Assembly (NCBI GenBank): GCA_024683675.1
Contig: JAIKYB010000074.1
Location: forward strand, 680 to 64,679
Source of the DNA: Treponema sp.
GTDB lineage: Bacteria; Spirochaetota; Spirochaetia; Treponematales; Treponemataceae
Direction: 5' to 3'
Length of the DNA: 64,000 nt
Positions 28,671-38,946 of the stretch are shown here, one piece after another. Both the position numbers and the translations under genes were made by a program. The notes beneath the pieces were generated by a model. That model had not been told where the DNA came from. It made no database searches and was given only the letters and a program-made list of their open reading frames with translations. How positions within the stretch are numbered: the first letter of the stretch is position 1; each line of letters opens with the position of its first letter.

Positions 28671-31600
28671 TTAGAATTCTGCTTTAGCTCCAATACTTGC
28701 TGTCAAAGACAGATTATTACTTGTGCTGGAAGATGTAGATATTCTGGTGTAAGAGCAGCCTATTCCCGTGTTTATTGTAAAATATTTTAAGAAGTTTAAT
28801 TCCGCAGAATGTGTAAAGTCAAATTGCTGGTTAAAGGCCGAAGAGCTTTTGCTTATATCTATATTTAAAGAGTTTTTACGGATAATACCCGGATTTTTTT
28901 GAGTAAGTGAAGGAAATATAAGGCGGCCTATAAGATAAGAAAGGCAATCATTTGACGGTCTGGTATAAATAAAGGTTCCCCTTGTAAGCCAGCTTCCATC
29001 AGTTTCAAAGGATAATTCCAAAGCAGAGGTAAGATAAGCCTTGTCAGAAATATAAAGCAGGGCCTGTATATAATAGTCCAACTGAAAACTGATATTTTCC
29101 AGAAGGTCAGGAGGAAGTTTTACAATGGCATTTAAGCTTGAATAAATTTCATCCTGCTTAAACCATTTTAATAGATGAAGTCGTCCCTGACTTCCAAAAT
29201 TATTAAGTGCCATATTTGAAATTGTGGCCTTAAATTGATAGAGCTGACTTGTGCTGTCCTCTTTTTCTATATTTCTTGAAACAATAAGATTTGCGGCAGA
29301 TGGCACCCATAAATCATTTATAGAATTAAACAACTTTCTAGAATAAGAAGCCTGGTATTTAGAAGTGTAATCTGCTGTAATTTTTTCTGGCAAGTTCTTG
29401 TCAAAAAGATCATAAAAGGGGGCCTGTTGGTAGAACCAGCTTCTGTCTTTTTGCAGACTAAAGAATTCTTCTGTATCTGTAATATAAGAGCCCTGACTAG
29501 AATCATAAAGCTTATAGCCTTCCGCATTTCTTTCTAAATCTAAAGAGATTTTGTGAATTCCAAATGATAGAGGAAGAGAAAACTGCAGGCTGCTGGTGTC
29601 GGTAAAGGCTGTTTCTGAACTACTTGTATAGAGGGCTTCTAAATTATATTGTAAGGACGGATTTAGACTTATTCCTGAAGTTGCAAGAGGAAGCTTTGCA
29701 GACAGCTTATTATTCCATAGGCTCTTTCTTTTACTTGCATTTGCTGACCCACTTGTAAATTGCAGCGCGGATATATCTGCCCAGGAAATAAAGTAGTTTT
29801 CTATTTGAGAAAGACTTGTATCTTGCAAAGTTGTTAATTTTTCTTCAGTAGAGGCTTTGCTTTCAAAGGCAATTTCTGCTTTTTTTATTGGAATGTTTGT
29901 TGAAAGCTCCAGGTTAGCGGTCTGACGGGCATAATCCTGATTTTTTTGAGCGTTTGCATTTCCTTTTATCTTAAGAGGAAGTTTGATGGAAGAAAAATCT
30001 ATCTGAGCGGAATCTTCTTTGCTTAGGCTTTCATCTTCTGAATTATATCTGTAGTTTTCTTTAATGGAAAAAAGAGAGAAGAGTGGACTTTTTGATTCAA
30101 TTTTATGGCCTGCCTTGTAAAAATCCAGACCTTTTGCAGAAATATCTGTTTCCAGGGCAATATCTGCAATTGTTATACCTGCGGCTCCATCAGATTTTAC
30201 TGAAAGACCATTTTGATTGAAGCTTTGAAGGGAGCCTACTTTAATAAAGGCATCTTTTACAATTGCTTTTTCGCCAAATGTAACAAGCTCTCCGCTTTTA
30301 TATTCGCCCGCAAGATAATTTTGAGCTGAATAATTAATGTCATTGCCTGAATAAATAAGATTATCAAGATAAAAATCAGCTGAAGAATAAAATTTATCTC
30401 CACTTATAAGGTCAATCACAAGCTTTTGCCTGCTTGGTATTACGCTTTTGTCAATAAAAAGACTGTAATTTGCCTGATCCATTTCAATAGAATCTAAATA
30501 AAGTTTTTCATTAAGCAAATCTACACTAAGAGTATGATATAGAAGGCTGGAAGAAAGAAGGTCTGAGTAATCATTAATTGTAATTTTAAGGGCAAGGTCT
30601 CCGTCCTGATCTGCACTTATAGAATCGGCGTCAAGAATAAAAGTTAATGCTTCATCTTCACTTTGACTGCTACTTTCTTCACTCTGAATTTCTTTTATGG
30701 CAAAATTAAAATCAATTGATTTGTAAAGAGAAAAATCTGCTGCTGTAAAATAAGAAACTGCTGTAATTTTTGTGTCATTTAAATCCTGAGCTTCTTCTGT
30801 AGTGGACCAGGAGATTCTGGAAGAAAAATCCTTTGTACTTCTTGCAATGCTTGCAGTATTAACTGATATATTTTGATCCTGGCTGGTATATATTGCCTGA
30901 GTAACAGGTTCATAAGGCCCAATATAGATTTTTCCTTCTAAGTCACTGTTCCCGGTTATAATAAAACGGGCATCATAACGGGAAATTAATCTTGCTCTAT
31001 CTTTATCCGTCAGTTCAATTTTGACAAGCTGCCATTCCTTACTTGAAAAATCAAAATCATCAATTTCCCAATAAGGCAGATTGGGGTCTTCTCCATTTTT
31101 TTGATTTGAAGCTTGAACGCCAAGCTGAAGGTAAAGCTTACAATTAGAAGTATCCTCAAGCTCTGAAAGATCTGCCTGCAAGGCAAATTCAAGCTGGTCT
31201 GAATTTTTTAAAAGACTGCCTGCTTCAAGCTTTATATCTACTGCCGCCCATGGAATAAGGTCTGAAGATGAATCTATTTCTGAAAAATCCCAGTTCAGAG
31301 GGATTTTGTAACCTGTAATGTCCTGGTCACTAATTCCTGTAAAGGAATTTATGGTGCCGTTTCCTTCTTCTTCAAGCTCAAGAGGAAGGTTCTGGGGAAG
31401 AGCTTGAATCTCGTAACCTGAGGAAGATGTCAGATAATAGGTTTGAGCTTCTGTGTCAGCTTGGGCACATACTAAAAGCTGGTTCGTGGCGTTTGCCTTT
31501 TGTATAGCTGCAGCGGCCTTTTCTGTAAGAGTGAGCTTTTCGTCCTTGTATTCTATACCTGCAGAAAGGGCAGCAAAGCCCTGCTGTAAAGTTTCCATTG

Positions 31601-34433
31601 TGGCAATAGTTCCTGCAAAGGTCAGGGGGATTCGGCTGGTTACTGATATGTCCGTTATAAGGTTTGGGGTAATTGCAAAATTGTAGCCGATTCCCGCTGC
31701 TATAGCTCCGCTTGAAAAATCGCTGTCTTCTTCCTGCCAGAGAATTGTAATTATATCTGTATCAGAAATTGATGAAGTGATTTCTACGTTTCCGCTGCTT
31801 GGGTCGTAAGAGGCAGTTTCTAAATTACCATTTTTATAAACCTGAACAGTACCGGCTACAGCTTTTGTTCCAATAAATAGGCTTGAAAGGCTGGTGTATG
31901 AGCGAACTCTGAGCTGCAGGTCACACTCATAAGAAAGATTTAAATAAATTTCCGGAATACTTTCTGCAAAAGGATAGAAGGAATCCAAGTTTTGACTATC
32001 GCTTATTGTAGCGTAAAGCTTTTCTTCCTGAAAAAAATCTTCATAGGAAATAATATTTGAAGGGTCATATTCTATGGCAGTAAAACGACTGTTTGTTGCT
32101 TGGCTTGATTTGTAAATTACACTTAAATCGGCATCTGATATAAGCCCGCAGTCATAAAGATTTGCTCTCAGGTAAGGAGAAAAACCATAGGAATTTTGAA
32201 TAACCAGAGCCTTATCTCCGTCAATTTCTGATTCAAGAGAATAAGAATAATCAGAAAGCTGGTATTGTTTACTGGCCTGATTAAAAAGCTCCTGAATTTT
32301 ACCTGCAAAAGAGCTGGAATCTTCATAAGAACCTGTGGCACTTGTAATTGTGCTTACAGAAGAGGAGCTGGAAAAGGTTAAGAGAATTGTTGGTATACTG
32401 CCGTCTGTTTTTTTTCCACTTGCAGCTGCCTCTGAAAAAACAAGGGCGTTTTTATTTAAAATTATTGTATAATCGCTGGCAGAGGCTTTTTTGTAATGCT
32501 TTCCATTTTTGTCACTATAGGAGCCTGAACTGTCTTCAATGTAAACATTTTTAATATCGCTTAAAGCATCAAGAGCTTCTTCCGGGAAGGTAAAATAGCG
32601 GCCGTAAATGAAGTTTGAAATGTCAATTTTTGTGTCATTAACACTATTCATTCCGTAAAAAACAGCTGATTTTGAGCTTGTTACATCATAGCGAATCAGG
32701 GCATCAAAGGAATGTCTGTCATCAGGAGATTTAAAAGCTGCAGAAAGTCCCGGGGCTTGATTTTGACCTCCGCTCACACCAAAGCCAAAATAATTAGCCG
32801 AATATAAGCTGTCCATGGTAATATTACGGTTTGAAAGCTTTACAGAGCGGACAAAACCTTCTCCTTTGTATCCCATGGTTAAGGTATTGGTCTTAAAGGA
32901 ATCTGCAAAGGCTCCGTAAAAATACCAGTGATTATTCAGCATTATATCTGCAGAAAGTTCAACTTCCTGCTTAAAAACAGGGCTGTTTGCAGAAAGGGTA
33001 AGAGGAAGGTTTTTAGACCAGCTTGCAAGGGCGCCCCCCGTTACTTCTCCCTGCCAAAAGCCTGTTATTGTAAAATTTACATGATTAGAATCTGAAATGT
33101 CCCATTCGAATAGGGAGCCTGAATCTTCTTGTTCCGGAACTTCAAGAGTTTGGGGTAGAGTAGTACCGGCTCCACTTTTAGTCAGGCTTTCTTCTGCCCA
33201 AAGAATATTTTTGCTGTTAAAAAAACTTGCTCCCAGCAGTCCTGCCAGAAATAAAGCCTTTAAGGTTCTTGCCTTTTGAATCTTTATATCCGGATTCTTA
33301 ATTTTCATTTTTAAGATAGCCTGTTCCAGCTTTTGTTTTTTTTCTTCTTTCTTGTCTTCAAATAAAGCCTGCTGCTGGGGGCCTCTTTCTTTGCTTACAT
33401 TTTCAAAGCCAATACCCAGCAGTCTTATTCCCCGACCTTCACTATACTTTTTAGCCAGTAGTCTTTTTGCAATTTCATAAAGGCTGTCTATTGTTGAAAT
33501 AGGACTATCCTGGCTTTCCTGAACCGTAAAGGTTGAAAAATCGTTATAGCGCAGCTTTATCATTACTGTTTTCGAAATTGCTTTTTCTTTTAAGAGTCGA
33601 AACATAACCCCCTGAGCCATTTCTAAAAGCTGGGTTTCTGCAGTATAGGAATCTGTAATATCCTCTAAAAAGGTTCTTTCTGCACTTATAGAATGACTTT
33701 TTGCTTTTTTGTTAAAGGATTCCTTTTCTATTCCCCGAACTGCATCGTATAAAAAGCTTGCCATGTTTTTACCAAACATAAATTCAAGATTTTCATAAGG
33801 AAGATTATAAATGTCTCTTGTAGAAAATATTGCCTTTTTGTGTAATAGCTCCAGACTTTTGCTTCCCAGCCCCCAAACCTTGTCTAAAGGAAGATTCAGC
33901 ATAAAGCTTTCTTCTTCTCCGTGGCGAATCATATAAAAACCATCGGGCTTTGAAAGTCCAGATGCAATTTTAGCCAGGTATTTTGTTGGAGCAAGACCAA
34001 TAGAAACAGTAAGTCCGCTTTGCTCATAAACATCTTTTTTTAATTTACGGGCAGTTTCTTCCGGAGGACCAAAAAGCTTTTCTGTCCCTGTTAAATCAAC
34101 AAAGGCTTCATCAATAGACATTTGCTCAACATCAGGTGAATAGTTCTTAAAAATATTCATAATCTGATAGGAAAGCTCGGAATAACGCTTCATTCTGCCG
34201 TGAACAAATATTCCATTAGGACAAAGTCTGTAGGCCATAGAAGTTGGCATTGCAGAATGAACTCCATACTTTCTTGCTTCATAAGATGCTGTTGAGACGA
34301 CACTTCTTTTTTCGTCAGGCAAGCCCCCGACAATAAGAGGCTTACCTCTGTATTCCGGATGATCCAGCATTTCTACAGAGGCAAAAAAAGCGTCTAAGTC
34401 TACATGCAGGTACCAGTGTTTTAATTCACTCAT
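28671..34433 (-). CDS. dinB: DNA polymerase IV fused to a large exported/outer-membrane domain
   Basis: HVDLDAFFASVE, STASYEARKYGV.SAMP, SIDEAF, KIAS..KPDG, IRLLGIG in the first ~390 aa; then a hydrophobic segment and ~1500 aa ending in Phe. Confidence 0.85.
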   Translation of the reverse strand: MSELKHWYLHVDLDAFFASVEMLDHPEYRGKPLIVGGLPDEKRSVVSTASYEARKYGVHSAMPTSMAYRLCPNGIFVHGRMKRYSELSYQIMNIFKNYSPDVEQMSIDEAFVDLTGTEKLFGPPEETARKLKKDVYEQSGLTVSIGLAPTKYLAKIASGLSKPDGFYMIRHGEEESFMLNLPLDKVWGLGSKSLELLHKKAIFSTRDIYNLPYENLEFMFGKNMASFLYDAVRGIEKESFNKKAKSHSISAERTFLEDITDSYTAETQLLEMAQGVMFRLLKEKAISKTVMIKLRYNDFSTFTVQESQDSPISTIDSLYEIAKRLLAKKYSEGRGIRLLGIGFENVSKERGPQQQALFEDKKEEKKQKLEQAILKMKIKNPDIKIQKARTLKALFLAGLLGASFFNSKNILWAEESLTKSGAGTTLPQTLEVPEQEDSGSLFEWDISDSNHVNFTITGFWQGEVTGGALASWSKNLPLTLSANSPVFKQEVELSADIMLNNHWYFYGAFADSFKTNTLTMGYKGEGFVRSVKLSNRNITMDSLYSANYFGFGVSGGQNQAPGLSAAFKSPDDRHSFDALIRYDVTSSKSAVFYGMNSVNDTKIDISNFIYGRYFTFPEEALDALSDIKNVYIEDSSGSYSDKNGKHYKKASASDYTIILNKNALVFSEAAASGKKTDGSIPTILLTFSSSSSVSTITSATGSYEDSSSFAGKIQELFNQASKQYQLSDYSYSLESEIDGDKALVIQNSYGFSPYLRANLYDCGLISDADLSVIYKSSQATNSRFTAIEYDPSNIISYEDFFQEEKLYATISDSQNLDSFYPFAESIPEIYLNLSYECDLQLRVRSYTSLSSLFIGTKAVAGTVQVYKNGNLETASYDPSSGNVEITSSISDTDIITILWQEEDSDFSSGAIAAGIGYNFAITPNLITDISVTSRIPLTFAGTIATMETLQQGFAALSAGIEYKDEKLTLTEKAAAAIQKANATNQLLVCAQADTEAQTYYLTSSSGYEIQALPQNLPLELEEEGNGTINSFTGISDQDITGYKIPLNWDFSEIDSSSDLIPWAAVDIKLEAGSLLKNSDQLEFALQADLSELEDTSNCKLYLQLGVQASNQKNGEDPNLPYWEIDDFDFSSKEWQLVKIELTDKDRARLISRYDARFIITGNSDLEGKIYIGPYEPVTQAIYTSQDQNISVNTASIARSTKDFSSRISWSTTEEAQDLNDTKITAVSYFTAADFSLYKSIDFNFAIKEIQSEESSSQSEDEALTFILDADSISADQDGDLALKITINDYSDLLSSSLLYHTLSVDLLNEKLYLDSIEMDQANYSLFIDKSVIPSRQKLVIDLISGDKFYSSADFYLDNLIYSGNDINYSAQNYLAGEYKSGELVTFGEKAIVKDAFIKVGSLQSFNQNGLSVKSDGAAGITIADIALETDISAKGLDFYKAGHKIESKSPLFSLFSIKENYRYNSEDESLSKEDSAQIDFSSIKLPLKIKGNANAQKNQDYARQTANLELSTNIPIKKAEIAFESKASTEEKLTTLQDTSLSQIENYFISWADISALQFTSGSANASKRKSLWNNKLSAKLPLATSGISLNPSLQYNLEALYTSSSETAFTDTSSLQFSLPLSFGIHKISLDLERNAEGYKLYDSSQGSYITDTEEFFSLQKDRSWFYQQAPFYDLFDKNLPEKITADYTSKYQASYSRKLFNSINDLWVPSAANLIVSRNIEKEDSTSQLYQFKATISNMALNNFGSQGRLHLLKWFKQDEIYSSLNAIVKLPPDLLENISFQLDYYIQALLYISDKAYLTSALELSFETDGSWLTRGTFIYTRPSNDCLSYLIGRLIFPSLTQKNPGIIRKNSLNIDISKSSSAFNQQFDFTHSAELNFLKYFTINTGIGCSYTRISTSSSTSNNLSLTASIGAKAEF

Positions 34434-36340
34434 TCTTCAGCCTCCAGCTCAATTACTCTGGAAACCATGCAGTAGCTATTTTCTTTATCGCTCTTAAAAA
34501 ATCCAGTAACTGTAAGGGAAGAAGGCCTCTTATCCGTTCCATAAGTGAAGGTCAGTTCATGAGGAGGATTGGAAGGCAGCTTAAAGTAACCTGTAGTTGA
34601 AGAAACTGCTATGTAGTCGTTATCTGTATATAAAAGAGGAGAATGAGCAGAAGAATGAAGCCTTACATCACACTGAAGCAGTTCTCCTTCAATATTTATC
34701 TTTATAGTCCTAATAATGTCATCAAAAATCTGGTTATCTTCATAATCAACCTTAATTACTTGATTATTATTTGCTTTTTCAAAAATAATTTTTTCCTGAG
34801 GATTTGCTTTGTCTATTCTTTTTGCACCACTGGAAGCAATTATTGGAAGAAAAATAAGTAAAATTACAAAGAAAGAGGTATGGGCAATAAAGAAAGTAAG
34901 TTTTTTATTTGCATTTCTTGAAATTGAAGTGAGTATTCTAAAATAAATTAAGGCAAGAGGATAAAGGAGACATGCCATATAAAAAGGCATTGTATTACTT
35001 GTAAGAAGAAAAAGTCTTAATTCATTTATATTTGCATTAGATAATAATGAAGTTATATAAGGAATAAAGGTTAAAATCATCAAAAAGAAAATAGCTATAT
35101 GCAGGGCGTTCTTTTTAATAATAAAAGCCAGAATGGAAAGAAGACAAATAAATAAAAATATAGGGAAAAGAGAAACATCTACAAGAATAAAGAGGGATTG
35201 ATTTGCAAAGCAGGAAAAAATAAGCAGATAGTCAATGGATTTTTCTCCAAATTTTGTATTAAGAAGCAGGGTAATGGTGTAAAAGGCTGCGCAAATAAAA
35301 ATTGTTATTACGAACTGAAAGCAGAATAAATACATGATTTTTTTTGCTTCGCTTTCCGGATGTAAAAATAAATTAAAAAAGAGTCTTCCCATAAAAAAGG
35401 AAATTACAATCAGAAAATATGTAACGGGAATTGAATACCAGATGTGCTTTATGGCATGCCAGGTATTTCTTTTTTGCCTGATATTAACAAAAACTAAAAG
35501 AAAAATGAAAAATAACCAGATAAAGATAATCAAAATAATGATTTTTATAGTTGTACTTTCTCTAAGGCGGAAGTAATTATTAAAGGCCTTAATCATTAAA
35601 AAGTGATGGTCCCATTCTCTATTTGTAAGTTGAGAGAAAGCTGTCAGCATATATTGTATGGAATTGATTAAGTTTTCTTTTTTTACACTATTTGTAAAGC
35701 TTAGTTTTATACAGGGAACCTCTCTTTCTAAGAATATAGAAAGATTTCTGTCGTAGAAGAAATTATAGCTATAGAGCTGGCTTACATAATAATTTGGAAC
35801 TTCTTTTCCTAAGCCCGAATGTAAAAAAGCATTACAGGCCATTTGGGTCAGGTAGGAAGGGGTAATTATTTTTCTGCTTGAAGAAATGATTTTTGTATTA
35901 TTTGCTTCCAGGTCGCAGATTATTACCGTGTTATCATGGTTGGAATTAAGACTTTGCGCGTAAATTTCGCTTCCGTAAACCATGCCTTCTTTATGTATGA
36001 TTTGTCTTTCTCCATAGGCAAAAAGAAGCTTGATGTTGTAATTTATTTCTGATTTATTGATATAGGAAATCAACTCCTTTATTATGTCCATGTGCTTTTC
36101 TGCATCTTCCTGGAAAAAGACCAGACTTAAATCGGGAGCATTTTCTGTTTCTGAGTTAAAGCTTACTTTTATATTATAAGGGAAGGCGTTGAGTCCGTTT
36201 AGAATAAGGCTTTGTGCTTCTGGATTTACTTTTTCATTTTTTAGTTGAGTGAAAATGGAATCACAAAGACTTATCTGGCTATAGGCCTGAGCTATAAAAA
36301 GAAAAAATAGTAATGTAGTCAATGCTTTCCTGATTTTCAT
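34430..36340 (-). CDS. Polytopic membrane protein with an N-terminal exported domain
   Basis: Signal peptide, soluble domain, about 8 TM helices, C-terminal beta-rich domain; overlaps the dinB start by 4 nt. Confidence 0.75.
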   Translation of the reverse strand: MKIRKALTTLLFFLFIAQAYSQISLCDSIFTQLKNEKVNPEAQSLILNGLNAFPYNIKVSFNSETENAPDLSLVFFQEDAEKHMDIIKELISYINKSEINYNIKLLFAYGERQIIHKEGMVYGSEIYAQSLNSNHDNTVIICDLEANNTKIISSSRKIITPSYLTQMACNAFLHSGLGKEVPNYYVSQLYSYNFFYDRNLSIFLEREVPCIKLSFTNSVKKENLINSIQYMLTAFSQLTNREWDHHFLMIKAFNNYFRLRESTTIKIIILIIFIWLFFIFLLVFVNIRQKRNTWHAIKHIWYSIPVTYFLIVISFFMGRLFFNLFLHPESEAKKIMYLFCFQFVITIFICAAFYTITLLLNTKFGEKSIDYLLIFSCFANQSLFILVDVSLFPIFLFICLLSILAFIIKKNALHIAIFFLMILTFIPYITSLLSNANINELRLFLLTSNTMPFYMACLLYPLALIYFRILTSISRNANKKLTFFIAHTSFFVILLIFLPIIASSGAKRIDKANPQEKIIFEKANNNQVIKVDYEDNQIFDDIIRTIKINIEGELLQCDVRLHSSAHSPLLYTDNDYIAVSSTTGYFKLPSNPPHELTFTYGTDKRPSSLTVTGFFKSDKENSYCMVSRVIELEAEE

Positions 36341-36348
36341 CAGTATAT

Positions 36349-36394
36349 AGTTTAAATTTTTGTTGTTTACATTGCAAGTCCTATCGTGTATAAT
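36349..36394. promoter_or_regulatory. Interleaved divergent sigma-70 promoters
   Basis: Plus strand TTTACA(36366)-17 nt-TATAAT(36389); minus strand TTGCAA(36377)-17 nt-TAAACT(36354). Confidence 0.65.
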
Positions 36395-36403
36395 GTAATG
36401 AAT

Positions 36404-37570
36404 ATGGGATCATCTGATAAAAAGTTCATTTTGGAACTTCCGCTTAAGGTCGTACTTACAGAAGACGGAGCTTCCAATTTCATTAGCCATAATAAAAAGC
36501 TTCTAAGATTCCGATTAGCAGATAATGTAGAAGAATATGGAATATCACTAGATAAATTTTCTCCTCAGTCCATCCAAAGTATGATTCTTCTTGATTATAT
36601 TTCCAAAATTGAGATCTCCATGTCGGAATTTGTTTCATCTCGTCAGGAAGTAATGGACCTTTCTAAGGTTATTGTATATTCATTGCTTTATAAGCAGTTT
36701 GACCGTGATGTTTATACCGCACTTATTCAGTGCGAATGTGTAAGAAAGCATAACCGTGCAAATCCTTCTCACCTTATTGATGAAAGAACAAAAATGACTG
36801 AAAAACAGTTGCGTTCCATTCTTCAGAATAAGGAAAATATGATTCAGACAACCCGCAAACAGATTCTTGAGCCTATCTGGCAGTCTGTTATGCAGAATAA
36901 AGAATATTCATCAGAAGAAAAAAACATCTTCCTTTTGATGTCAGAAAAGTTCCTCAATCGTCTGGGACTTATGAACTGGTACATAATTACTTTATTCGCT
37001 AAGAATGAGGGTGCTAATGAAATGTATGTTGCAATCAGAAATCTTCTGAGCTCATACATGGACAAATCAAAGGTAGCTGAATACATTTCCGTAATGGTTA
37101 TGGAGCTTGCCCTTAATAATGAAAATACAAATATCCGCAAGGAAGCTAGAAATATGTATCATGGTATCGATGATATTGATGCCCTGATTTTTGATCCTGA
37201 AATCCGTGCAAAAATTGTACAGGAACTGCAGCGTAAGCATGAACTGGTATTCCTTTCATGGAAGCTTGGTGGTGGTTCTTCTTCAATCGGTAAACAGGGA
37301 CGTCTTTCAATTACCCTTTATAACAAGGATGATGAGTTCCAGGAAATGAAGGAAAATATTGAATCAGCAAAGTCTTCAAATACGAATAAAAAGTCGCTTA
37401 TCGACTTCTATCGTGAGCTTCCAGAGGGGCAGGAAGGTACAGATTTAGGCTTGTATTATCTTTCTTATCTTGATGATGCTTGTAAGAAGGTAAATGTTAA
37501 GTTTGAATCCCTGGTTAATCAGTTCTCTGCCAGTGACCTTACAGTCATTAATCTGAACTTTAACTTTTAG
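36404..37570 (+). CDS. Hypothetical protein with a degenerate GHKL/anti-sigma-kinase-like C-terminal domain
   Basis: Long ORF; ELALNNE and GTDLGLYYL motifs; start revised because the GTG at 36386 abuts the -10 box and lies upstream of the predicted TSS. Confidence 0.7.
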   Translation: MGSSDKKFILELPLKVVLTEDGASNFISHNKKLLRFRLADNVEEYGISLDKFSPQSIQSMILLDYISKIEISMSEFVSSRQEVMDLSKVIVYSLLYKQFDRDVYTALIQCECVRKHNRANPSHLIDERTKMTEKQLRSILQNKENMIQTTRKQILEPIWQSVMQNKEYSSEEKNIFLLMSEKFLNRLGLMNWYIITLFAKNEGANEMYVAIRNLLSSYMDKSKVAEYISVMVMELALNNENTNIRKEARNMYHGIDDIDALIFDPEIRAKIVQELQRKHELVFLSWKLGGGSSSIGKQGRLSITLYNKDDEFQEMKENIESAKSSNTNKKSLIDFYRELPEGQEGTDLGLYYLSYLDDACKKVNVKFESLVNQFSASDLTVINLNFNF

Positions 37571-37585
37571 TATAAGGGTAGCCCT

Positions 37586-38227
37586 ACGAGCAGAAAAATT
37601 TTTCTTACAATTATTTCTCTACTTTTTCTCTTCCTTTCTGTGTCTTGTTCTCAGAATCTTCCTGAAATTATTTCAGCAGACTATTCTCTTGTTTTTGAAT
37701 ATGCAAATGAAGAAGAATTCCCTTCTTCAAGATTATGTATCTTTGTAAATTCTCAATCAGATGTAAGAAGATATTCAACTATAAAGGTTTTATCAAAAGA
37801 AAGTGGTCTGCTTTGGGAAAGTGGAGATATTCTTGAGCTTCAGGATGGAGAAAGCCAGTGGGCTGGAAACGTAAATCTTGTTCCTCCTGAAAAAGAAATA
37901 ATCCCTTCAGGGCTTTATGAAATTACTTTTATAAATGCTGATGAAGAGGAAGCCGCTATTGAATGTACTATAAAATATGATTCAAGCTATTATGAATGTC
38001 TTTCTGCTGATATACCTGAAAAAATGAAAGTCAACGGCATTCGAAAGATTGCCATTTATGATGAAAACGGAACTATGCTTTTTTTTGGAAATAGAAATAG
38101 TGAATTAAGCACAGTTCGTGGAATATGGAATAACTACAGAGAAGCAAAGGTCTTCCAGGATATCTGGTGTACAAAGGATAATTCAATTATGTGCATTTTA
38201 CCTGAAGAAGAAGTTTCTCTGGATTAA
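37586..38227 (+). CDS. Lipoprotein, probable ACG start
   Basis: In-frame (T)SRKIFLTIISLLFLFLSVSC signal peptide begins upstream of the track's GTG start. Confidence 0.65.
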   Translation, partial: TSRKIFLTIISLLFLFLSVSCSQNLPEIISADYSLVFEYANEEEFPSSRLCIFVNSQSDVRRYSTIKVLSKESGLLWESGDILELQDGESQWAGNVNLVPPEKEIIPSGLYEITFINADEEEAAIECTIKYDSSYYECLSADIPEKMKVNGIRKIAIYDENGTMLFFGNRNSELSTVRGIWNNYREAKVFQDIWCTKDNSIMCILPEEEVSLD

Positions 38228-38241
38228 ATAAGGATTATAAA

Positions 38242-38943
38242 TTGAATAGTCAAGCTTCAGAACCATTGCCCCCCGATTATAAAAGAGAGGTAAAAACTTA
38301 TGTACTTCGTATTGGAAGAATGACCGCTGCCCAGGAGCGTGCCTATGCGGAGCTTTCTCCTTCCTGGTGTATTCCTTTTGAAGATAAAAAACTTAATTTT
38401 GTAGATGTTTTTGGTAACACAAATCCAATTATTGTTGAAATTGGCTTTGGAATGGGAGACGCAACTGTAAATATGGCAGCTGCAAATCCTGATATTAATT
38501 ATCTTGGAATTGAAGTTCATCGTCCGGGAGTAGGAAAGGTTCTTTCCGAAATTAAACGCCGGGATTTGAAAAATCTTTACATAATAGAGCATGATGCCCT
38601 GGAAGTTCTGGAAACTATGATTGGTGATAACTCTGTAAATGGTTTTCATATCTTTTTCCCTGATCCATGGCCTAAAAAACGACATCATAAGCGTAGAATG
38701 ATTCAGCGGCCACGTACAAACCTTTTTGCCCAGAAGCTTACAAGTGGTGGTTATCTTTATTTTGTTACAGACTGGCTTGAATATGCTGAATTTGCCCTTG
38801 AAGAATTAAATGCGACAGAGCATCTTAAAAATAAATATGATGGATTTGCTGAGCCTCAGAGCTGGAGATACCAGACAAAATTTGAAAGAAAGGGACTTTC
38901 TGCTGACCGTAAAATAACCGAGCTTTTCTTTGAAAAGGAATAG
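38242..38943 (+). CDS. trmB: tRNA (guanine-N7)-methyltransferase
   Basis: VEIGFGMG, GIEVH, FPDPWPKKRHHKRR, TDW, TKFE. Confidence 0.96.
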   Translation: MNSQASEPLPPDYKREVKTYVLRIGRMTAAQERAYAELSPSWCIPFEDKKLNFVDVFGNTNPIIVEIGFGMGDATVNMAAANPDINYLGIEVHRPGVGKVLSEIKRRDLKNLYIIEHDALEVLETMIGDNSVNGFHIFFPDPWPKKRHHKRRMIQRPRTNLFAQKLTSGGYLYFVTDWLEYAEFALEELNATEHLKNKYDGFAEPQSWRYQTKFERKGLSADRKITELFFEKE

Positions 38944-38946
38944 GGC

